Shown here: positions 57,671 to 64,000 of the stretch, piece by piece
Layout of the letters: every line of letters begins with the position of its first letter
How positions within the stretch are numbered: position 1 is the stretch's first letter
Source: a virus
IMG/VR virus record: IMGVR_UViG_3300026292_000623
Span: 1 to 64,000 of that record
Reading direction: 5' to 3' (one strand)
Length of the DNA stretch: 64,000 nt
The notes under the pieces: model-generated
What the model was told of the DNA's origin: nothing
Database searches by the model: none
The model's input: only the letters and a program-made list of their open reading frames with translations
Program-made: the position numbers and the translations under genes

Positions 57671-58157
57671 TTTTACGTGTTTCCTGTTCTATGGCACTAG
57701 GTAAAAGTTCTTTATTCTCTTCAGCGTCCCATTCTGCTTGAGCTTCTTCACCTATCTTACCTCTAAATGGACAAGGAGTTCCTGCCATCTCCATGGCTTT
57801 GAATACTCTTGCGTCCTGACACATAATACTTACTGCGGCGACCTTCATACCCATATCATAAATTGTTTTAGATAACTTGAGTCTTTCACAGTTTAAATCT
57901 CTAACTGTTGATCCTCCACTAATACCTAGTATCTGGGTTTGTACTGCACCAGATACACCTACTGTACATAGGTCTGAATTACTGCTATTGATACTTGGTG
58001 ATATTGCACTTGGTGGTGGGCTTTTTACTGTCGTTTCTGTTGTCCCTTTTGTAGTGACATTGCTTGTTGATTCTGTTACGATAGGGTCTGACAATGCCTG
58101 CCCAGCAAATAACGTAACGATTGCAAATATAAAAAATGCTCTAATAAATACTGTCAT
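57606..58157 (-). CDS. exported Cys-containing phage protein with C-terminal membrane anchor
   Basis: Signal peptide; PPPSAISP..DLC..GVSGAVQTQILG..NCERLK..MCQD..GTPCP. Confidence 0.7.
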   Translation of the reverse strand: MTVFIRAFFIFAIVTLFAGQALSDPIVTESTSNVTTKGTTETTVKSPPPSAISPSINSSNSDLCTVGVSGAVQTQILGISGGSTVRDLNCERLKLSKTIYDMGMKVAAVSIMCQDARVFKAMEMAGTPCPFRGKIGEEAQAEWDAEENKELLPSAIEQETRKNDKLEGAAMGVGASLLLLLLL

Positions 58158-58229
58158 AGTATTGTTGACTCCTATATAACATACTAATATCCTAAAGGAT
58201 AATTAACTATATACATATTTATTAAAAGG

Positions 58230-58245
58230 TGTAAAAATATTTACA
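58230..58245. promoter_or_regulatory. inverted repeat TGTAAA-N4-TTTACA (TGT-N10-ACA), putative operator
   Basis: Palindrome 31 nt upstream of a Fis-type HTH gene, in a divergent intergenic region. Confidence 0.4.
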
Positions 58246-58276
58246 TTAGTTTTAATGATAAAAGGAAAGAAATATT

Positions 58277-58525
58277 ATGTTTAAACACCAAGCTATAGAA
58301 CAAAACCAAAAAGAGCAAGATGCACTCTTCGAGGCAATGGAACAGTTAGATTGGACTACTAAAGTTGATAGTGTTCCACTTGGTACAGAAGTAGAGAATC
58401 TAGAAAAAGAAAGAATAGTTAATGCTTTAGCATTACATGATGGTAATAGGACTAGAACTGCTGATCAATTAGGGATTGGTAGGACTTTGTTAATACATAA
58501 ATTAAAGAAATATAATTTAGTCTGA
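58277..58525 (+). CDS. stand-alone Fis-type helix-turn-helix protein
   Basis: LEKERIVNAL....GNRTRTADQLGIGR..L..KLKKY, typical of the NtrC-family C-terminal HTH. Confidence 0.85.
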   Translation: MFKHQAIEQNQKEQDALFEAMEQLDWTTKVDSVPLGTEVENLEKERIVNALALHDGNRTRTADQLGIGRTLLIHKLKKYNLV

Positions 58526-58723
58526 ATCTTTGCCCCACCTTATAAGATTCCATAGACGTTCGTGAAAGTAAAATGCAATAGTGTTCGCTGTCAATTGAAT
58601 GACAGCTATAGAACCACTTATTGTAAGATCTCGTAGAATAGCATAGCTGATTATAAAAGTACACAATGTACCAGTTAATCGCCAACTAATAGTCTTTATT
58701 AAACTTCTTAACCTCGTATCCAT
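58517..58723 (-). CDS. DUF2061 membrane protein
   Basis: RSLIKTISWR...T, YFHERLW..I.WG. Confidence 0.85.
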   Translation of the reverse strand: MDTRLRSLIKTISWRLTGTLCTFIISYAILRDLTISGSIAVIQLTANTIAFYFHERLWNLIRWGKDSD

Positions 58724-58739
58724 AATAATATTTAGTCAT

Positions 58740-58767
58740 AAAAAAAGGGCGACATTTCTGCCGCCCT
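58740..58767 (-). terminator. intrinsic terminator after tctC
   Basis: GGGCGGCA-GAAA-TGTCGCCC followed by a T run on the minus strand. Confidence 0.85.
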
Positions 58768-58790
58768 AGTTCTGGGGGATATACTCCAGC

Positions 58791-59852
58791 TTATTTTGCC
58801 GGTATTACATCTTCCTTGAAGATAGCAGGCTTACCTGTAAACTGTAAAAAGTCTACTAGATTTGCATACGTATCTCTTTGAATTTGATTACGTAAAATGT
58901 CAAGTGCCGCTTTCATATCGTCTCCGATAATCCATTCGTACTTACCAGTTTTTACATAGATCTTTGCCATTGACTCTGGGTCTGCTGTCATTGCTTTGAA
59001 TGCCGCAACTAACTTAGGCGTGTTTGGATTATTTCCTTTTGTCCAAAGTGCCTTTTGCATAACGTCACGGAAGTTTCTGCATAGCTCAAATGCTTTCCAG
59101 AATTCACCTGATGGTGCTTCGCCCCACTTCTGTTCAAACACTTCATGAATTGATTTGTTTGGCCAGTTTGGATCTGCATCAATCTCACCTGTTTCCAAGT
59201 TGAATACACCTTGTGAAAACCACATTGTTGAGTAGTCTTTACCTGTGTAATACTTGTTGTAGGCCGCTGTTGATTCACGTGTTACATTTAGTTCACCTCT
59301 TTGGTAACCTAATCTACGTTCACCACCTGATAAACCTTTAACATATGTATATTCAGTGTTAAAGATTTCTTTAGCTTTTTCCATAGTTAGACCTGGTCCA
59401 CCTTTAAGTAAGATGTGGGCCATCATGTCTGGGTTCATACCTGAACCTGCTGAGAAAATAATCGGCTCTTTATATGGGTCGATTTCATTTCTGTGACCGT
59501 TGATGATAGTTAAGTTCATCATTCCGATTGGATCATATTCATAGTAGTTATAGTCAACTTTGTCAACTAGGTATGATACACCGTTACCACCATGTGATAC
59601 CATTACGACTTTATCATCGTTTTGTAGTTCGTTATGGAACTTATTAAAACCAGGAATATCATTTGCTCCTGGAATATGCATGATCTTGATTCTTTCACCT
59701 AAGTGTTTCTCAAGTTCTTTTGCTACGATCGAAGTCCATACAGATGTACCTGAACCAGGCTTCTGTGGAACAATGAACGTATAATCGGCTAGTGCCGCAT
59801 TAGCTAAAAATGTGAATCCTAAGATTGCACCAACTAATAGTTTCTTCATCAT
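58791..59852 (-). CDS. tctC: tripartite tricarboxylate transporter substrate-binding protein (TctC/Bug-like)
   Basis: Signal peptide, FIVPQKPGSGT, PGA, Y.KG.SGGE......RGE; adjacent to tctA. Confidence 0.75.
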   Translation of the reverse strand: MMKKLLVGAILGFTFLANAALADYTFIVPQKPGSGTSVWTSIVAKELEKHLGERIKIMHIPGANDIPGFNKFHNELQNDDKVVMVSHGGNGVSYLVDKVDYNYYEYDPIGMMNLTIINGHRNEIDPYKEPIIFSAGSGMNPDMMAHILLKGGPGLTMEKAKEIFNTEYTYVKGLSGGERRLGYQRGELNVTRESTAAYNKYYTGKDYSTMWFSQGVFNLETGEIDADPNWPNKSIHEVFEQKWGEAPSGEFWKAFELCRNFRDVMQKALWTKGNNPNTPKLVAAFKAMTADPESMAKIYVKTGKYEWIIGDDMKAALDILRNQIQRDTYANLVDFLQFTGKPAIFKEDVIPAK

Positions 59853-59863
59853 GTTCTCCTTTA

Positions 59864-61357
59864 TTAAACGAAGTCTATCTTCGCTTTATTAAAAAATAAT
59901 CCCCAAATTGCGGCTATTATTGCTAGTGCAATAAATGTTGCCGGTACAGGGCTTAATAACATATCTTCCCAACCATAATTATAAGTCTGGAATTGTACAT
60001 AACTTTTTTCAACTCTCTCACTTAGAATAAATCCAATTAAGAAACTTACTCTAGAGAATTTGAAATACTTTAAAAATACACCAGCTAAACAACACATACC
60101 AAAAATGATATAGTCATCCATTAAACCTGTGTATTGTGTGCAAGACCATATCAGCGATGCTAATATTGGCCAAAAGTAAATTTGAAATGGAATGTTAGTA
60201 ATATAAACTGCATATTTGATAAACGCATATGCAATAGGTAATATTATTAATAAACTCCATAAGTAACTGCTCAGCAATACGTCAAAGAAATGTTCGTCCA
60301 TTAATACACTTGGTGTACCAAGTTCTAGACCAACATACATCAATAAACCCATTACAATAACTTCAAAAGGTGCACCCGGAATACCAAATAAGATTGTAGG
60401 AACATAACTGGTTGCTTTTTGTGCATTGTTTGCACCTTCACATCCAATAACGCCTCTTACATTTCCCTTTCCAATATTCTCACCTTTTTTACCAGCAACT
60501 GCTACTGTTTGACTATAGGCAAACCAATCAGCGATGTTACCACCAATACCTGGAATTAATCCAATAAAGCCTCCAATGAAGCCTCCTCTTAATCCATCCC
60601 ATTTGTATTTCCAACTGTCTTTGATTCCTTGCCACAGTTGGCCTATGATAACGCCGTTTGTTAGACTGATTTTTTGTGCTCTCATTTTGTAGGCACTCAA
60701 CAATTCTGGAAATGCTAATACACCTGCCATAACAGGTATCATTTGAATTCCATCACCTAAATACTCCCAATCGAGCCAATTTAACGAGCCTTCTTCAAAG
60801 CTCGGTATAACTGTAATCCAACGTGTTGCCGCTGTCTCTGGATCCATTCCAACGTGTCCTAAAAGAATACCGCCTATTAAAGCAAATATTCCTCTAACCC
60901 AATACTTGCTTGAAATGAAAATAACACAGGTCATTGCAAAAATTAAGAATGCAAACATCTCTATACTACCAAAATATAACACAATCTGTGAATACCAGGG
61001 TAAGAATAAAAATACTAATACACCCCAAATTAATCCATTGACCCAACTTGTTGATATTGCCGCACTCAATGCTCTTGCGGCCTCGCCTCTACGACTCATT
61101 GGAAATCCATCAATCATAGTAGCCGCGGCACCTCCAGCACCCGGTACGTTCATTACTACACCACAAAAACTGTCTCCTATACTAGAAGTTACAACTACTG
61201 CGGTTGTGAATACTACTAGCATATATGGATCGTGGAACATATGCACGAATGCATAAACTGCAATCAGTCCGGTGGTTGCACCTGCAACTGGAATTAGTCC
61301 TACAAAGAATCCGTAAGCTACACCTAGTAGTAAACAAGCAAGGTAAGTCTCAAACAC
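59864..61357 (-). CDS. tctA: tripartite tricarboxylate transporter large permease
   Basis: N.PG...AAAT.IDGFPM, G.IPGIG, E.ANNA....VPT..FGIPG; polytopic; GTG start. Confidence 0.9.
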   Translation of the reverse strand: MFETYLACLLLGVAYGFFVGLIPVAGATTGLIAVYAFVHMFHDPYMLVVFTTAVVVTSSIGDSFCGVVMNVPGAGGAAATMIDGFPMSRRGEAARALSAAISTSWVNGLIWGVLVFLFLPWYSQIVLYFGSIEMFAFLIFAMTCVIFISSKYWVRGIFALIGGILLGHVGMDPETAATRWITVIPSFEEGSLNWLDWEYLGDGIQMIPVMAGVLAFPELLSAYKMRAQKISLTNGVIIGQLWQGIKDSWKYKWDGLRGGFIGGFIGLIPGIGGNIADWFAYSQTVAVAGKKGENIGKGNVRGVIGCEGANNAQKATSYVPTILFGIPGAPFEVIVMGLLMYVGLELGTPSVLMDEHFFDVLLSSYLWSLLIILPIAYAFIKYAVYITNIPFQIYFWPILASLIWSCTQYTGLMDDYIIFGMCCLAGVFLKYFKFSRVSFLIGFILSERVEKSYVQFQTYNYGWEDMLLSPVPATFIALAIIAAIWGLFFNKAKIDFV

Positions 61358-61396
61358 TTATACTTCTCCGTTTATTTTATGATTTGAAATTGTCAA

Positions 61397-61526
61397 GCTA
61401 TCGAAATAGCAACCCAAAAAAACCTATTGTAAATTCTGGGTATACTTGCTCCCTTGCACTCGCTCTGGGTATTGTATATTGACGTTTGAAATGATAGTAC
61501 AGCTCTGCACTATTACTTTTATTTAT
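61397..61526 (-). ncRNA. candidate structured 5' leader of tctA-tctC
   Basis: ATAAATA motif then hairpins ATAGTGCA-gagc-TGTACTAT and GCTAT-TTCG-ATAGC; two TACCCAGA copies and one TTTGGGT partner. Confidence 0.3.
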
Positions 61527-61564
61527 CATCTGTAAGATAAAACACCTACATAATGATGAATTTC

Positions 61565-62251
61565 TTATATTTTCTTTAAAACAAAGTAATATCTTGAGCC
61601 TCTTTCGCCCATATCTTGATTTAAAGTAACCAATTCGCAACCCAATCTATCTGCACTATTGATAATGAATTCACTTGTCCACTCGAAAAAGTCTATCCAT
61701 TTTGCTTCAGGTGCTTCATGTTGTGTGCCTGGATTAGCTCTGAAATATAGTAATCCGTTTTGTTTTGTTAGACTAACTGCGTGTTCTAGTTCTGTGTAAA
61801 TTTTATCTACTGTACCAAAATTAATACTACCTAAACATATGATAACATCAAAATTGGTTTGTGCATTATAGTCTAATATTCCTACTTGTACATCTGCCCT
61901 TTCATTGTAAGGATCGATGCCGATAAGATTATTAATCTTACCTTTAAATTCATTGTAACCACAGCCCAAGTCTAAAACTTTCTTGGGCTGTAGGTTGTTC
62001 ACTTCATCAATTATTGATAATCCACTATACTTGTATCTTTTAGTTTGTGGTTGCCATACCTTACTGAAATAGTTCTTAAGTACTTCATGATCAATTAATT
62101 CAGTAAGGTTTGCTAAATTATCAAAAGAGCTAATATTAATATCAACACCAAATGTTCCATTAATAGCCTTTCTTAATAAGTTAGTATCTCGCATAAGCTG
62201 AGGACTTGCGGTAAACATAACTTGTAATTGTTTTATGATTTTACTGTTCAT
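61565..62251 (-). CDS. class I SAM-dependent methyltransferase (paralogue of 20776..21528)
   Basis: VLDLGCG.NE.K, GIDPY, LGSINFG, R.NPG, AKW.DFF.W shared. Confidence 0.8.
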   Translation of the reverse strand: MNSKIIKQLQVMFTASPQLMRDTNLLRKAINGTFGVDINISSFDNLANLTELIDHEVLKNYFSKVWQPQTKRYKYSGLSIIDEVNNLQPKKVLDLGCGYNEFKGKINNLIGIDPYNERADVQVGILDYNAQTNFDVIICLGSINFGTVDKIYTELEHAVSLTKQNGLLYFRANPGTQHEAPEAKWIDFFEWTSEFIINSADRLGCELVTLNQDMGERGSRYYFVLKKI

Positions 62252-62432
62252 TAGTTATTAGTGCCTTCTTATTCTCTTTATTCTCTTTAATGATTTCTTT
62301 TCTTATCTTATTCTTTGCTGGAATAGATGCTATATCTACTGCGGTTACTGTTAGTCCTCCTACATACAATATAGGTGGACCAAAACAACCAGTTAGCATC
62401 AAGCAAGTAACAATTAATAGAACAGTTCTCAT
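62241..62432 (-). CDS. small lipoprotein
   Basis: Lipobox LTGC. Confidence 0.55.
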   Translation of the reverse strand: MRTVLLIVTCLMLTGCFGPPILYVGGLTVTAVDIASIPAKNKIRKEIIKENKENKKALITNEQ

Positions 62433-62626
62433 TATTTTTCTTTGGGTATCTTAACCCATCTGTCTACGGCAGTTCCTTTACGATTTGTATACTCCACTCT
62501 TAACTCTTTTGTTCCTTTTGGAGCTGAATGACAAACTGATTTAAATATTTTCTTTAAACCTAGTCCTTCTTTCTCTTCGTTAAACTCTTTGCCGTCGGAG
62601 ATTTTAATACTTATCTTTCTACCCAT
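62432..62626 (-). CDS. hypothetical basic protein
   Basis: TAATG-coupled ORF. Confidence 0.55.
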   Translation of the reverse strand: MGRKISIKISDGKEFNEEKEGLGLKKIFKSVCHSAPKGTKELRVEYTNRKGTAVDRWVKIPKEK

Positions 62627-62826
62627 TAGTCAAACTCCGATCTGACTATATGTTTTCTTAATGCTCTGACAAGTTCTTCTATCTTGTCTACTACAGAAAT
62701 CATATCTTTATCTGTAATATACTTTTGTTTTTCTCTTAACTTGTCGTACTCTTTTAAGGGTATTGTTACTGTGCTTTGTTCGTTTTCAAACGATTTGTCA
62801 TTATCGTAATCATCTACACTTGTCAT
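62626..62826 (-). CDS. hypothetical protein
   Basis: AGGAGG RBS; VTIPLKEYDKL. Confidence 0.6.
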   Translation of the reverse strand: MTSVDDYDNDKSFENEQSTVTIPLKEYDKLREKQKYITDKDMISVVDKIEELVRALRKHIVRSEFD

Positions 62827-62847
62827 AACCCTCCTTGGTTACTGTTA

Positions 62848-63045
62848 TTACATTACTGCTTTTTTAGACGTCATTTCATTCTTTTTATCTTGAATTTCTT
62901 TACGTCTTGCTTTTGATAACTTGCCCATCTCACCTAATGCTTTTCTTGCTCTAGATGCGGCCGCTTTTACGCCTTTAGTTTCAAATGCTTCTGACTCACT
63001 TAAATAAGTTTGATAGTGTGCCATTATCTGTTCATGTGTACTCAT
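62848..63045 (-). CDS. histone H1-like Hc1-family protein
   Basis: F..KGVKAAASRARKAL.E..KL.K..RKE. Confidence 0.65.
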   Translation of the reverse strand: MSTHEQIMAHYQTYLSESEAFETKGVKAAASRARKALGEMGKLSKARRKEIQDKKNEMTSKKAVM

Positions 63046-63057
63046 ATTTCCCTTTCC

Positions 63058-63192
63058 TTACCCAAAGTGTTTTGTAATACTTTCAGGTAGTTTAGCTTTA
63101 ATTGGAGCCCAAATAGTGGACTCTATTTTTCCAATGTAAATTGGTCTTGGAATTAACCATCCTATTAATATTCCTATAATTAAAGTAGTCAT
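63058..63192 (-). CDS. small membrane protein (44 aa)
   Basis: Hand-translated MTTLIIGILIGWLIPRP...; fills gap. Confidence 0.5.
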   Translation of the reverse strand: MTTLIIGILIGWLIPRPIYIGKIESTIWAPIKAKLPESITKHFG

Positions 63193-63195
63193 ATT

Positions 63196-63600
63196 TTATA
63201 GTTCTCCGTTCTTTCGCATTCCATCGCGAATGCCTGTAGCACTAATCTTATGGATCTCTTCTCCTAGATCGTGCTGGGTAAATGTATACCCTACTCCCCT
63301 TCCATAGCTTATATCAACTATGTTAGGAACAATCATTATAACATATTCCTCGTTATATGTAAAGCCTTCTTTTGCTAGTTCTTTCTTGATATTTTCTTCA
63401 ACATCGGTAACAATAAAAGGATTATCATCTTGTTTCATAGTACGTCCACCTGACGCATCTGTTGATCTTGGAACAGTTCTAATTTGAATACATACTTGTC
63501 CTGTTTCAGCAAGAGCTTTTTTAAACAATTCTGTATGACCAGAATGCCAAGGTTGCCATCTTCCTAACATTTGAGTAGTTGGTTTAAATCTATCAAACAT
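63196..63600 (-). CDS. HxGH nucleotidyltransferase (cytidylyltransferase-like)
   Basis: GRWQPWHSGH, DNPF, YGRGVGY, ISAT.IR. Confidence 0.8.
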   Translation of the reverse strand: MFDRFKPTTQMLGRWQPWHSGHTELFKKALAETGQVCIQIRTVPRSTDASGGRTMKQDDNPFIVTDVEENIKKELAKEGFTYNEEYVIMIVPNIVDISYGRGVGYTFTQHDLGEEIHKISATGIRDGMRKNGEL

Positions 63601-63839
63601 TATTTCAATACCTCAATATCTGCGTTTGTTTCAATTACTACACGAGCTCCACAAGATAGTATAGGCTTTTCGTTGCCTCCATATCGTACAACCGAGTCAC
63701 CATTTATTTTAACTTCATGACAATAGGTATTTGTTTTACCTTCTTTGATTGTTATAACTGGTTCGTTTGTACCATGCTTTTTGTTTGCCCTTATCTTATG
63801 TTGGTTAACGTGTATGTATTTTTTTGCCATCTTTTTCAC
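63600..63839 (-). CDS. hypothetical phage protein
   Basis: IHVNQH.IR.N...P.IT...LSCGARV.IET. Confidence 0.6.
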   Translation of the reverse strand: MKKMAKKYIHVNQHKIRANKKHGTNEPVITIKEGKTNTYCHEVKINGDSVVRYGGNEKPILSCGARVVIETNADIEVLK

Positions 63840-63999
63840 TTTTAATAATCATTTCTTTTATTCTTATCATTTCGTTCTTATAGTGTTCGTATGCTTTTAA
63901 ATAACCTGGGTCTTGAGTCTCTACCCATTGTCTACTTGCAATGTCACAATTATTTTCTAAGTTTATTAAAATAGTTCTATATTGCTCTCTAAGATTCAC
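63805..63999 (-). CDS. hypothetical protein, possibly truncated by window end
   Basis: ORF at window edge. Confidence 0.4.
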   Translation of the reverse strand: MNLREQYRTILINLENNCDIASRQWVETQDPGYLKAYEHYKNEMIRIKEMIIKSEKDGKKIHTR

Positions 64000-64000
64000 T

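Noticed and set aside
61391-61396. TTGACA as sigma70 promoter for tctA
   Set aside because: No -10 hexamer at 16-18 nt spacing.
61440-61470. Glycine or SAM riboswitch match in the tctA leader
   Set aside because: Only a partial AAGGGAGCAA resemblance; the other conserved elements could not be found by eye.
282-61482. Numerous + strand ORFs in the track (e.g. 282..566, 4101..4448, 7220..7729, 30148..30753, 55986..56465, 60906..61256)
   Set aside because: Antisense shadows of well-supported minus-strand genes, with no RBS or motifs.
1-64000. Bacterial chromosome or ordinary prophage
   Set aside because: Host-like genes are scattered among T4-type replication genes and many short unknown ORFs, with no intact bacterial operons, integrase or att site.
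1-64000. tRNA genes, introns, inteins, homing endonucleases, stop-codon reassignment
   Set aside because: No T-loop/acceptor patterns seen in the short intergenic spaces; conserved genes (thyX, metK, folE, rnh) are uninterrupted and end at standard stops.

Overview
AT-rich, gene-dense 64 kb segment of a large T4-related (probably jumbo) dsDNA phage genome; nearly all genes are on the minus strand. Phage evidence: T4-type RNase H, gp45-like sliding clamp, DexA-like exonuclease, thyX, tdk, a MoxR/vWA pair, a fibre-like protein, many short unknown ORFs, host sigma70-type early promoters and T4-like (T)ATAAATA late-promoter motifs. The host-like accessory genes (TctA/TctC, zf-CHCC, CspA, SufE/IscU, flavodoxin, MetK) suggest an aquatic proteobacterial host (inference). 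Main candidate systems: (1) a 7-deazaguanine cluster next to the clamp (TGT/DpdA-like, QueD/DpdL-like T-fold protein, FolE, QueE) with a GT-B glycosyltransferase, GalE and a phosphoribosyltransferase embedded in it and no QueC/QueF in the window, suggesting a glycosylated deazaguanine DNA base; (2) at least 8 radical SAM enzymes with a phage-encoded support kit (MetK, flavodoxin, IscU, SufE, MTA/SAH nucleosidase); (3) late-promoter-associated islands of tailoring enzymes (two amidinotransferases, a truncated class II aaRS paralogue, KdoO-like and other oxygenases, sulfotransferase-like, methyl- and glycosyltransferases). Several regulatory motifs and a structured leader upstream of tctA were read directly from the DNA. 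No tRNA, rRNA, CRISPR array or mobile element was seen. All protein calls are by motif recognition only; no database search was run.
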